From Microcystaceae cyanobacterium (GTDB lineage Bacteria; Cyanobacteriota; Cyanobacteriia; Cyanobacteriales; Microcystaceae): a stretch of DNA of 64,000 nt. The position numbers were made by a program, and so were the translations under genes. Location: NCBI GenBank assembly GCA_041746575.1, contig JBGTGT010000123.1:1-64000 (forward strand), read 5' to 3'. Each line of letters opens with the position of its first letter. The stretch's first letter is position 1. The notes below the pieces were generated by a model. The model did not search any database. It had not been told where the DNA came from and saw only the letters and a list, made by a program, of their open reading frames with translations. Positions 1-9,906 of this stretch are shown here, piece after piece.

Positions 1-66
1 CTGGTTATCTGGCAAGGTAAAGAAATCAACCCCGATTTATTAATGCAGAAAAAACCTTAACATTAA

Positions 67-98
67 ATACCAGATAGTATAATTTAACTATCTGGTAT
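67..98 (+). terminator. Hairpin after an ORF ending at ~60 (partial, ...LVIWQGKEINPDLLMQKKP*); probable intrinsic terminator
   Basis: ATACCAGATAGT (67-78) / ACTATCTGGTAT (87-98) form a perfect 12-bp inverted repeat followed by a T-rich run. Confidence 0.6.
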
Positions 99-153
99 CT
101 TTTATTTACAAAATCTGATATTAATATAGTATTAGTAGGAAAAGACATTAGCG

Positions 154-546
154 ATGCACTCTATTAACACAGCTAAAAGAGAGCTTTTCTACTGGACAGC
201 TATTTTATTTACGTTTGCGCTGGGTACTTCAGCAGGAGACCTTTTGGGAGAGGCTTCAGGGTTGGGTTATGCCAACTCAGCATTAGTATTTGGGATCACA
301 ATTGCACTCATAACCGTCGGTTATTATTACTTCAAAATGAATGCAATCTTGGCATTCTGGTTAGCTTACATCTTGACTCGTCCCCTTGGAGCATCAATCG
401 GTGATTTACTATCCCAACCCACGAGGAATGGAGGCTTTGGCTATGGAACTGTGGGAACCAGTATACTTTTTCTCTCCATAATCCTTAGCCTAGTGATTTA
501 CTTAAGCTTTAAACCGGAAAAACGAATTTTACCGCCAATTGACTAA
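154..546 (+). pseudogene. C-terminal half of a COG4705/DUF347 membrane protein, probably 5'-truncated
   Basis: Motifs RELFYWTAILFTFALGT, FWLAYILTRPLGASIGD and GGFGYGT. Family-like residues (GKTLA) continue just upstream of the ATG, then hit a stop, so the N-terminal half is missing. Confidence 0.65.
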
Positions 547-577
547 GAAGATTGAAAGGGCGATCGCTTCTACTTAA

Positions 578-880
578 TTCACGAGAAGGGTTTTTTAAAG
601 CTTCTAAACGAATAGTAAAGGTTCTTCTGGGGGCAATAGGCGGCTCGAAAGCGATCGCTAAAGTTTAATCTGAAGAATCCTATGTGATTTTAAATGTTAG
701 GGGCTGACCTTCGTTATCTTGAGTACCTTGAAAAGCGGTGGTATTTGATCAATTAAATTGAATAGTTTCCACATTTTCTTGTTATTGAAGCGTAACTTTT
801 CCCAAAGATTCGGGGGAAGAATCAGGGATATTAAAGGTGAAATAAAATAATAATGTGCGGATGGCAAGTTAGCTGGATGA
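578..880 (-). pseudogene. DUF2808-like protein pseudogene (not in ORF track)
   Basis: Manual minus-strand translation: HYYF/FTFNIPDSSPESLGKVTLQ*QENVETIQFN*SNTTAFQGTQDNEGQPLTFKIT*DSSD*TLAIAFEPPIAPRRTFTIRLEALKNPS. This fits the DUF2808 pattern (F.PPI.PG.T.TI.L...NP) with four stops and a frameshift. Confidence 0.7.
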
Positions 881-945
881 GCAGGGTCTGAGTAACTTTC
901 TCAAAATAGTTGAATGTATAGAAGCTAAAGAAATTATCTATTTTT

Positions 946-1638
946 ATGAAAATTTTAATCGTTGAAGATGATAATCGTATCGCCAACCCCCTAGCCAAAG
1001 ATTTAAGCTATCAATATCACTCTGTCGATCTAGCCAAAGATGGAATAGAAGGATGGGAATACACACAAGCAACTCAATATGATTTAATTTTATTGGATTT
1101 GATGCTACCTAAATTAGACGGGATAAGCCTTTGTCAACAATTACGAAAAAGCAATTATCAGGCGTTAATCTTGATGTTAACAGCCAGAGATACCACTGAA
1201 GATAAAGTGATGGGACTTGATGCAGGGGCAGATGATTATTTAGTTAAACCGTTTAAGTTAGAAGAATTATCCGCTAGAATTCGCGCCTTATCTCGTAGGT
1301 ATTCAGAAATTAAACCTCCCCTATTGATTCATGGTAAATTGCAGCTAGATTCCAATAGTCAAGAAGTAATTTATGCAAAAAATAAAATCAATTTAACTCC
1401 TAAAGAATATATGGTTTTAGAATACTTTTTAAGAAATCCTCATCAAGTTTTAACTCGTTCGGCGATTATTGAAAAACTTTGGACGTTTGATGATTTATCG
1501 GGAGAAGAAACAGTGAGAACTCACATCACAAATTTGCGAAAAAAGCTCAAAGCGGCTGGAAGTCCTGAAACTTTTATTGAAACTGTCTATGGCATGGGTT
1601 ATCGTTTGAGTGCAATTCCTGAAAAATCAGTTTATTGA
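946..1638 (+). CDS. OmpR/PhoB-family response regulator
   Basis: ILIVEDD, LLDLMLP, GADDYLVKPF, winged helix IETVYGMGY. Confidence 0.95.
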   Translation: MKILIVEDDNRIANPLAKDLSYQYHSVDLAKDGIEGWEYTQATQYDLILLDLMLPKLDGISLCQQLRKSNYQALILMLTARDTTEDKVMGLDAGADDYLVKPFKLEELSARIRALSRRYSEIKPPLLIHGKLQLDSNSQEVIYAKNKINLTPKEYMVLEYFLRNPHQVLTRSAIIEKLWTFDDLSGEETVRTHITNLRKKLKAAGSPETFIETVYGMGYRLSAIPEKSVY

Positions 1639-1665
1639 GTTATTATTTCCTTTTCTCTGGAAACT

Positions 1666-2901
1666 ATGTTCAAAAATATTCGCTACCGCTTACTTGTATT
1701 CTACTTGTTAATTTTTGCTTCAATTTTAGGATTTTTTGCTATTGGAGTTCGCTTCATATTTGCCCATACTTTAAGACAACAAATTATCGCGAAACTAACC
1801 GCATTAGGAGAGGGAATTGCTGCTAATGCAGAATGGGAAAACAATCATTTAAAATTTGATAATGATTTTAGATTTCAAAAATTGCTCAATAACCGTCAGT
1901 CTTTACAGTGGTTTGATCGACAAGGATACTCTATCTTAAAGCAGGGCAACTTTGTCATAAATCTTCCTTTTTCTCAAGATGATTTAGTGCAAATTCAACT
2001 AGGAAATCCTAATATTCAAGGCATTATTTTACCAGTCATTGATAGTGATTCTGGGGAATTAATTGGTTACCTAAGAGTTAGTCAATCTCTCGAAGAATTA
2101 GAAGAAACGTTAAAAAAATTAGATTGGGGATTGGGAATTACTATTATCATTGCTTTAATTATTAGCAGTATAGGTGGTATTATTCTAACCAGTCAGGCAA
2201 TGCAACCCATTGAAGAGAGTTTTCAAAGGTTAAAACAGTTTACAGCAGATGCTTCCCATGAACTGCGTAATCCTTTGATGGTAATTGACAGTAATGTTGC
2301 TGTCTCTCTTAAATATTCAGAAGGCATGAGAAAAATAGATCGAGAAAGTTTTGAAGCCATTGCTAGCGCGACAACACAAATGACTCATTTAACTGAAGAT
2401 TTACTAATCTTAGCTCGTGCTGATAAGATTAATACTCTCAAAACTGAACAAGTAAACTTAGAAATTATTTTGCAGAAAATTCTGAAACTCTATCAAATAA
2501 AAATAGATTCAAAAAAGATTGACTTACAACTGAAATTGTCTCAGCCTTTATTGATATTTGGAGATTCCTTAAAACTTGAAAAATTATTCAGTAATTTAAT
2601 CGATAATGCTATTTATTATACCCCAGAATTTGGGATGATTGAAATCCGGGGAAAACAGATAAAATCCTCAATTGAAATTTCAATTAAAGATACAGGAATT
2701 GGCATAGCAACCGAAAATTTATCCCATATTTTCGAGCGATTTTGGAGAGCAGATACGTCGCGCTCTTATTGGGATGGTGGATCTGGGTTAGGATTAGCAA
2801 TTGTTCAATCAAACGTCAATCATCATGGAGGAACAATTACTGTCACCAGTCAGTTAGGAATAGGTAGCTGCTTTACCATCTGCTTACCGATTAATTCTTG
2901 A
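1666..2901 (+). CDS. Sensor histidine kinase (two TM segments, HisKA, HATPase)
   Basis: FTADASHELRNPL, NLIDNAI, DTGIGI, GGSGLGLAI. Confidence 0.95.
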   Translation: MFKNIRYRLLVFYLLIFASILGFFAIGVRFIFAHTLRQQIIAKLTALGEGIAANAEWENNHLKFDNDFRFQKLLNNRQSLQWFDRQGYSILKQGNFVINLPFSQDDLVQIQLGNPNIQGIILPVIDSDSGELIGYLRVSQSLEELEETLKKLDWGLGITIIIALIISSIGGIILTSQAMQPIEESFQRLKQFTADASHELRNPLMVIDSNVAVSLKYSEGMRKIDRESFEAIASATTQMTHLTEDLLILARADKINTLKTEQVNLEIILQKILKLYQIKIDSKKIDLQLKLSQPLLIFGDSLKLEKLFSNLIDNAIYYTPEFGMIEIRGKQIKSSIEISIKDTGIGIATENLSHIFERFWRADTSRSYWDGGSGLGLAIVQSNVNHHGGTITVTSQLGIGSCFTICLPINS

Positions 2902-2938
2902 CTTTTACAGATGATGAAGTAAGTACTATAAAATCAGG

Positions 2939-3609
2939 GGCGTTGCTGAATTGGTAGTGGGTTAGTTATCATTGAAGAGTAGTCCTCTTCTGTCACTTTC
3001 GGAAATAGTAATCGTTGGAAGCTTTATGAAAAGACAGGTTGAGCGATTTGACGAGAATTTTAATTTCTTAATCGAAAATCATTCAGCGATCGCTTATGAT
3101 TAAGGAGTTTCAGAATCTTGAAATCACAAGGGTTTTGCCGAACTGACAAACGGGGGTAGATAAGGTTAATTGAATTTTTATGAAATGTCCGAAGTGTTAC
3201 TCTTCTAATGGAAGAATCCATAAAGTGTGGGTATAGACGGCGATTATCTACTGTAAGCCGGTTATCCTAGCCATGCAGATAGGAGACAGAAGTGGTCAAA
3301 CTTTTGAAGGCTCTATGGAATAGAATCAAAAAATGGAACAGCCGAAGGTATTTAACCGATGGATACTGTGTTTACGCTAATTCCATTGACCCCAAAAAGC
3401 ACACAGTTTTGCCGAAAACTCAATTGACAAGGGTGGAAGGAGAAAATACAAGATTAAGGTACTACCTAACTAGATTACATCAAGGTACTCTTTGTTCCTC
3501 AAAGTCGATAAAAATGTTGTGACATTCAATACGATTATTTATGTACTACCTAGTATTTAAAACCATACCCATTAAATGTCAATCCACCGATTGTAAATTC
3601 AGCAACGCC
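2939..3609 (+). mobile_element. Degenerate, internally deleted IS1-family element
   Basis: 13-bp terminal inverted repeats GGCGTTGCTGAAT (2939-2951) / ATTCAGCAACGCC (3597-3609). InsA start MKCPKC at ~3180. Frameshifted InsB remnant (YLTDGYCVY...TRVEGENTRLRYYL) at 3292-3522. Confidence 0.85.
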
Positions 3610-3790
3610 TACCATCAAGCGTGTACCCCATCGAAAAGGGCGAGAATACCCGTCGGTAAGGTATAAGCTAAGCATCCATCAGACAGAAGATGATGACAAT
3701 ATTGCATTGAGTTAAAATGGTTACTGTATAACTAAAGATCCGCAAAAGGATATCTTAAAACAAAATCGCAAATTCTTAAAAAACGCTGAA

Positions 3791-4426
3791 ATGACCCAAG
3801 TTATTCCAAAATCTTCGCAGATTGTCCCTAAAATTCTTCATTCCCTTAAACTCGGAGAATTAGTAATTATTCATACCGACATCTATTACATTTTAGTGGC
3901 AGATGCCCTGAATCCTCAAGCGGTTAACAAAATTCATCAAATTAAGAAATGGCATCCTTATCAACCATTAACGTTATTAACCAACTACCAAAAAGTCGAA
4001 TCATGGGGCGTTTTGAGTCAAGACTCGACCGTCTTAATTAAGCAATTTCCTTACCCGATTAGCTTGATTATTCCCCACCGAGGCAATCTTTCGGATGAAG
4101 TCACGGCAGGATACAAAACGATTTTTGTTGCTTGTCCTGATGACTTTATTTATCATCTAGTTGAACAATCTTCTTTTCCCCTTGTTTGCACGACGGCGGG
4201 TTTAGGAGCAGATTATAAAGCCACAAAAGCTGAAACTGCATTAACACTGTTTGGTGAGCAAGTTTCTTTGATTGTAGATGGGGGAAAATGTCAGCATAAA
4301 ATGAAAACAACCTTAATTGATTGTAGCTTACCGATCCCAACCATTATGAATTTTGGCGTGATTTCTTTTGATGATCTTCGTCCTATTTTACCCAAGATTG
4401 AATTACCTTCTCATCTCAGAAAATAG
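3791..4426 (+). CDS. Divergent Sua5/YciO/YrdC-fold protein
   Basis: Overall YrdC pattern (HTDIYYIL, AVNKIHQIK, PISLII, LIVDGG, TTLIDC), with several canonical motifs altered. Confidence 0.75.
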   Translation: MTQVIPKSSQIVPKILHSLKLGELVIIHTDIYYILVADALNPQAVNKIHQIKKWHPYQPLTLLTNYQKVESWGVLSQDSTVLIKQFPYPISLIIPHRGNLSDEVTAGYKTIFVACPDDFIYHLVEQSSFPLVCTTAGLGADYKATKAETALTLFGEQVSLIVDGGKCQHKMKTTLIDCSLPIPTIMNFGVISFDDLRPILPKIELPSHLRK

Positions 4427-4516
4427 GATCAGGATTTTTGGGATTACAAGCATAAACAGGATTAAATTAATAACGAGGAGTAGATAATTAAGTAGTTGAC
4501 GGACAATGACTGTTAT

Positions 4517-5809
4517 TATCCCTCTTTTATCAGACTAGGCGAGGTAAAATGAAGAAAAAGTCTGAGAGTCAGACAGAGACTATGGTTAAGCCTTGTCCTC
4601 CTCGATTAACGGTAAAATGTGTCGATACTTACTGTAAACTCTACAGAGATTTATTTATAGAAGTGAGAGCCTATGAAGCCTTTAAAGATCTTCATGTAGG
4701 AATAATAAGTGATATAAAAAGAAAAAGTTTACCAGCGAGCGCCTTGGCGACAGGGTTACAAAATGAACAGGGTTTATTACATTTTCTAACCGAATCGCCG
4801 TGCAAAGCAGAAGAATTAGAAAAAAGAAGATTAGAAATTCTAAGGAAACAAAACAGACTATGTGAAGAGATAATATATTGGAAATTTGGAAAAAACAGAA
4901 AGTAGAATAGTGTTAATCAATACTTATGGCTATTGTGAGGGAATGACTTTTCCTTTAAAATTTAAAGTGTTTAAACCAAAAGAGAAATTAAAAGAAGGAG
5001 ATAAATATAAAACCAAGCCAGATCTAGCAATAGAATTAATCAAAGAATTAAAAGAAATAGAATTTAAGATAAAAAGAGTATTAGCAGATAGTTTATAGGG
5101 AGAAAGTCCCACTGACTTCATCAGTATAATTGAAGACTTAGGAATAAAATATTCAGTAGCTATCCGCAGTAATTATGGTGTATGGCTACCAAAAGGAGCA
5201 AAAGTAAGAGCAAACCGATGGCGAGAGTTTCAACATATAAGATGGGATAGAAAAAGAATCAAGACACAATATTGGGAAACTACCAGAGATAAGGAAGAGA
5301 TAACTGAGGAGGAAACTGGGTTTATTATGACTTGGATTCCTGATATTAAATATAAAGAAGTTGGAGATATTTAGGGAGCAAGAACTTGGGTAGAGTATGG
5401 ATTTAAACAATCTAAAAGTGAACTAGGATGGGCAGATTTCCGAGTCACTCACTATGAACAAATTCAGAAGTGGTGGGAACTAATCATGTCGGCTTACTTA
5501 ATGATTTGTCTTTATAGTGAATCCTTCAATCCTGCTATTGCTTCTATTTCAGAAATCTTTGAAAATTACGAGTTGTGGGATCAAGGAAAAGGTTGGCAGT
5601 CTCTGCTAAATAATGTTGAGTTAATCTTGCGACCTTACCTTTACTTTAATTTTATTTTAAAGTGGCTCAAAATTTTGCCAATTCCTCAGCTTTCTTTGAG
5701 ATTTCCAAAGCTTATCGCCGAGATAAATGATTTTGACTATTTACATTACTTAGTCAAGCTTGGGGATGACTTTTCTTATTCTTCTGCCTAGACTGATGAA
5801 AGAGGGATA
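4517..5809 (+). mobile_element. IS701-family element with pseudogenised transposase (fragments 4549-4905, 4886-5098, 5486-5791)
   Basis: 24-bp TIRs TATCCCTCTTTTATCAGACTAGGC (4517-4540) and GCCTAGACTGATGAAAGAGGGATA (5786-5809), 2 mismatches. IS701 motifs VDTYCKLY..LF.EVR, KRKSL, VLADSL, RTWVEYGFKQSKSELGWADF. Frameshifts, stops and a deletion after RRLEILR. Confidence 0.9.
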
Positions 5810-5835
5810 TAGTGAGGAGGCTAAAGTCCTCACTA
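5810..5835. terminator. Hairpin downstream of gloA (REP-like or terminator)
   Basis: TAGTGAGGA (5810-5818) / TCCTCACTA (5827-5835). Confidence 0.55.
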
Positions 5836-5862
5836 CAAACCTTTGTTTTGAGTTAGATTAAC

Positions 5863-6294
5863 TCAACTTGCTGTTACCGCCGCTTGTGTGGTGTTTGAAG
5901 AAGTTTCCTGTGTTCCCGTTTGAATTAACTCAACTTTATAACCATTAGGGTCTTCAACAAAAGCAATCACGGTTGAGCCATGCTTCATCGGTCCGGGTTC
6001 TCTGGTTACTTTTCCGCCTAATTGATTAATTTTGTCACAAGTTGAGTAAATATCGTCAACGCCTAGGGCAATATGTCCGTAAGCGTTACCAATGTCGTAA
6101 TTATCTACTCCCCAATTATAGGTTAACTCAATCACGGCTTCGGAGGACTCATCACCATAACCCACAAAGGCGAGGGTAAATTTGCCACCCGGATAATCTT
6201 TCTGGCGCAATACTTTCATTCCTAGTAAATCGCAGTAGAATTTGAGGGATTCTTCAAGGTTGTTCACCCGTAACATTGTGTGTAGGATACGCAT
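5863..6294 (-). CDS. gloA: Lactoylglutathione lyase (glyoxalase I)
   Basis: [37 protein letters not shown]. Confidence 0.97.
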   Translation of the reverse strand: MRILHTMLRVNNLEESLKFYCDLLGMKVLRQKDYPGGKFTLAFVGYGDESSEAVIELTYNWGVDNYDIGNAYGHIALGVDDIYSTCDKINQLGGKVTREPGPMKHGSTVIAFVEDPNGYKVELIQTGTQETSSNTTQAAVTAS

Positions 6295-6403
6295 AATGGG
6301 TTGATGATAATTAAAAATTAAGAGTTGGCATTTGATTTGATGATACGATTATAAAAGAAGAATCAATGAGCTATTCTTTTCCCCATAGAGAATCTCATCT
6401 AGA

Positions 6404-7573
6404 CTAACGTTCTTTGATTTGCACGACTTGATTAAGCTTATTCATCGCCACCGCAATAATCAAATTAAAGCTAAGATAAACCATCATCACCACCACTAAC
6501 ATTTGTACAGCTTGTCCCGTTTTATTGGCAATCGTAGAAGAAATGGCATAAATATCACTATAACCGATCGCAATCGCTAAACTAGAATTCTTCGCTAAAT
6601 TGAGAAATTCACTGGTTAAGGGGGGAATCATTACCCGTAACGCCTGAGGAAAAATAACCAATCGCATCACCAATCCTGACGGCAATCCTAAGGCTTTGGC
6701 AGCCTCCCATTGCCCTTGAGAAACTGATTGAATTCCTGCTCTAACGACTTCTGCGATAAAAGCGGAGGTATAAGCGGTCAAACCAATTAACAAGGTGCTA
6801 AATTCAGGAGAAAGGCTCAATCCTCCCTTAATATTTCCCGCCGCTTGATCATAAATAGGCAATTGCCAATCTACTCCCCAAAGGAGTGTTATGAACAAAG
6901 CGATCGCCAACGCGATTAAAATGAATGGATAGCCTCGGATAGAGCGTCCCTGTTCAATCCGAATGTTGTTGCTTTTTCGCCACAAAATAAGGCTTAAAGT
7001 GGCACAAAATAAAATAAATAAACAAGATAAACCTGTTTTGGCATCAAAATTTGGCCAAGGTAAATAAATCCCCTGATTCGAGAGAAAAATATGCTGAAAA
7101 ATGGCGAGAGGGTTATTGATTTTGGGGAGTTTGAGAAAAACGGCAAAATACCAGAAGAATAATTGGAGTAATAAGGGTGTATTTCTTAGTATGTCGACAT
7201 AGATCATAGACAACTGACGAATTAACCAGTTATCCGATAATCTTGCAATTCCTACCGTAATTCCCAATAAAGTTGCCAAAACAATACCACTAATCATTAC
7301 CCGTAGGGAATTTATTAACCCAACCAACAAAGCACGACCAAAAGAATCTGTCGATTGATAGGGGATAGGAGAATCACCGATACGAAAAGAAGCGGGACGA
7401 TCCGAGTCAAAAAGGAATTTAAAGCTTAAATCTAGACCCAAACGATGAATATTCGCAATTAAATTATGACCTGCATAGAAAAACAATCCCAAGATGAGCA
7501 GTAAGACAAAAGCTTGACCGATTATTTTAAGAATACGTTCATCGCGCCAAAAAGGAATTTTTTCTGATTTCAT
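6404..7573 (-). CDS. Polar amino acid ABC transporter permease (AapQ/BztB/NatG-like)
   Basis: RNTPLLLQL, AFIAEVVRAGIQSV..GQWEAAKALGL, LNLAKNSSLAIAIGY. Confidence 0.9.
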   Translation of the reverse strand: MKSEKIPFWRDERILKIIGQAFVLLLILGLFFYAGHNLIANIHRLGLDLSFKFLFDSDRPASFRIGDSPIPYQSTDSFGRALLVGLINSLRVMISGIVLATLLGITVGIARLSDNWLIRQLSMIYVDILRNTPLLLQLFFWYFAVFLKLPKINNPLAIFQHIFLSNQGIYLPWPNFDAKTGLSCLFILFCATLSLILWRKSNNIRIEQGRSIRGYPFILIALAIALFITLLWGVDWQLPIYDQAAGNIKGGLSLSPEFSTLLIGLTAYTSAFIAEVVRAGIQSVSQGQWEAAKALGLPSGLVMRLVIFPQALRVMIPPLTSEFLNLAKNSSLAIAIGYSDIYAISSTIANKTGQAVQMLVVVMMVYLSFNLIIAVAMNKLNQVVQIKER

Positions 7574-7576
7574 CGT

Positions 7577-8443
7577 TTATTTTAAGTATTTTTGCAGGAA
7601 AGCTTTGGTTTTTTGCCAAGCATCCTGAGCGGCTGCCTCATTGTACCGAGTGCCAGAGGGATTGGCAAAGGCATGATTCGCATTAGGATAAATATAAATC
7701 TCTGCCGTCTTTCCCAATTGATTTAAGGCATTTTCAAACTGTTTAACCGTTTCTGGAGAGGGGTTTTGATCTAACTCGCCAAAAATTCCCAGAATAGGCA
7801 TTTCTAGAGGTTTTAGACGTTCTGGGTTGGTTTCAATGCCACCCCCGTAGTAAATCACCGTTGCATCAATTTGTTCAGGTAACAGCAGAGCGGCATTTAG
7901 AGACCATAATCCTCCAAAACACCAGCCAATTGTGCCAATTTTAGGAGCTTTTTCTGTTTTTTCAAGATATTGATAGGCTTGTTTAAGGTTTTGATTTAGC
8001 TGATTTGGTTGATTTAAGGCAGTACTCATTAATTTTTTGGCTTCTTCAGGCGTATCTGCTGGTTTTTCGCCATAAAGATCCACTGCTAAGGCGGTATAGC
8101 CTTCTCCTGCTAATTTGTCTGTCATCATGCGAATATTATCATTTAAACCCCACCATTCATGGATGACAATAAGGGCAGGTAATTCAGCATTAGCGTTGCG
8201 AGGACGAGATAAATAGCCTTGAAGCGGTTCATTGTCTAAGTTACCATAGATAACCGATTTTCCGGTAGCGGGTTGCTGAGGGGATTGAGAGACAAAGGGA
8301 GAAGCAACGGGGCGATCATTGTGGTGTAATTGTCCCATTTGTTGGGGATAGGATAAGCTGGGATGAGTGACCATCCCAATTCCTGTCCAAAGAATCGCAC
8401 AAAGGAAGCCTAAGATAGTTAAAGGGAAAAAATAGCGTTTCAT
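7577..8443 (-). CDS. Dienelactone hydrolase family protein with N-terminal signal/TM
   Basis: IHEWWGLN, GWCFGG nucleophile, HAFANPSG. Confidence 0.92.
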   Translation of the reverse strand: MKRYFFPLTILGFLCAILWTGIGMVTHPSLSYPQQMGQLHHNDRPVASPFVSQSPQQPATGKSVIYGNLDNEPLQGYLSRPRNANAELPALIVIHEWWGLNDNIRMMTDKLAGEGYTALAVDLYGEKPADTPEEAKKLMSTALNQPNQLNQNLKQAYQYLEKTEKAPKIGTIGWCFGGLWSLNAALLLPEQIDATVIYYGGGIETNPERLKPLEMPILGIFGELDQNPSPETVKQFENALNQLGKTAEIYIYPNANHAFANPSGTRYNEAAAQDAWQKTKAFLQKYLK

Positions 8444-8771
8444 GAATCAAGTAATTGTAATCAGTAAATCGTCGTAATTCAGTGTATCATTGACACTCCC
8501 TTGCTATCATGGCGTATCCTGCGACCCTTTACCCAGTTTGCCTTGGGTTAAAATCACGTTTGATGAAATGAATCAGAGAAGATGCGCCGAAACCAGAACC
8601 TCAAATCTGGATTTTATCCCCTTCAGAGCGTCTGAAATCGGTGATGGTGTCAATTCCTTCAGCAAGGGCATTCGGCATCAGAGATTAAATTCAGAAAATT
8701 CAGGGGTTGTATGAAAAAGTTTACCGAAAAAAGGGAATCCTGAGTCTGTAACCCTTTAGAAAATAATCATC

Positions 8772-9236
8772 ATGACTGATAACCTGATTAATGCCACTCT
8801 ATCTGCCGCAGACCGTAAAGTCGTTTTAGATGCTATCAATACCATTAAGCAAAAATTACCCTTTTTAATTGATTTAAGTCCTAGTGAACGGCAAGCGTTA
8901 CCAAAAATGGGAGATAAGAGTCGTGCTTTTGTGACAAAAGCCTTGGAAATCGCAACGCAAAACCCTGATTTTTTGCCCCGTTCTTTTAATGTTGAGGATA
9001 TGAAGAAGGATGTAGCACTGCATGAAGCGTTATATCCCATCTGGCAAGCTTTAACCCAATTATGCGAATTGGTGGACGATACGCAGATAGCAGTGGGAAG
9101 CGAGGCTTATGTGGCAGCTTTATTGGTGTACAAATATGGCAAAAATAATCCAACGGTATCTGGTTTAGATGAGGTGATGGATAATTTAGGAAAGCGGTTT
9201 GTCCGTCGTTCTCGTCAAGTCTCTGAAAGTCTTTAA
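8772..9236 (+). CDS. Hypothetical helical protein, likely conserved
   Basis: 154-aa ORF; LPFLIDLS..ER..LPKMGDKSRAFV and VGSEAY..AL..Y resemble a widespread family of unknown function (from memory). Confidence 0.8.
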   Translation: MTDNLINATLSAADRKVVLDAINTIKQKLPFLIDLSPSERQALPKMGDKSRAFVTKALEIATQNPDFLPRSFNVEDMKKDVALHEALYPIWQALTQLCELVDDTQIAVGSEAYVAALLVYKYGKNNPTVSGLDEVMDNLGKRFVRRSRQVSESL

Positions 9237-9309
9237 GCAATCGCTATCTAAAGACCAGAAAACTTGACGATAAAACATTTTATTGCTCAAAAAGTGTTTA
9301 ATTTTATAG

Positions 9310-9330
9310 GAGCGTAATACTATTACGCTC
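9310..9330 (+). terminator. Palindromic hairpin downstream of the 8772-9236 gene
   Basis: GAGCGTAATA-C-TATTACGCTC followed by TTTATT. Confidence 0.6.
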
Positions 9331-9485
9331 TTTATTGTGTCTGGGAAGAAATACAGCGTTTTGCCAGTTTATAATATATCGCATTAATAGTAGGAGGGCG
9401 TAGGTTTGTATCCAGAAGGATATGATATTAATTAACAATTTTCTGTCCCTAAAAATTAGGATAAAACGCCTACAATGGGAGACTG

Positions 9486-9674
9486 AACTCGGAGATCGGG
9501 GCTTTGAACTCGGAAGTTAAGATTTAAAGCTCAAAAACAATAAGCGAAAACTCGGATATTGAAGTTTAAAACTGAGAAGTTAAGATTTAAAGCTTAAAAG
9601 TTAAAAGCGGAAACTCGAAATTTGAAGTTTAAAACTGGGAAGTCGAAGCTTTAAACTCAAATATTAGAGAAAAT
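9486..9674 (+). repeat. Nine degenerate 21-bp tandem units with 63-bp higher-order period
   Basis: Units start at 9486, 9507, 9528, 9549, 9570, 9591, 9612, 9633 and 9654, e.g. AACTCGGAAGTTAAGATTTAA vs AACTGAGAAGTTAAGATTTAA. Confidence 0.85.
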
Positions 9675-9906
9675 AAAGAGGTTGATGCTATCGTTAACAT
9701 TATTAAGATTTAGCGTTAAAACAATAACGAATTTCTCGCTTCAATATAAAATTCTTGTGCTATAATCCCTGAGGATATAATTATTATGATTAATAATTAA
9801 AAGTCTGTTTTTGTAGCAATAGTTACGATGATTAATGAGGGTTAATTTTATGATTAAAAAATAAAAAGGATTGACGCTATTTTTAATTTTGTAAACTAAA
9901 AAATTT

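Noticed and set aside
4400..4426. ELPSH shared by the C-termini of the YrdC-like protein and PAD
   Set aside because: Five-residue match between unrelated folds, most likely chance
2939..5809. Composite transposon carrying the YrdC-like gene
   Set aside because: The flanking elements belong to different families (IS1 and IS701) and no shared target duplication is visible
8490..8714. 74-aa ORF between the hydrolase and the hypothetical gene
   Set aside because: TTG start, no motif, lies in a divergent promoter region; no clear periodicity or RNA family either
9486..9674. CRISPR array
   Set aside because: Units are contiguous and degenerate, with no constant repeat plus unique spacer, and there are no cas genes in the window
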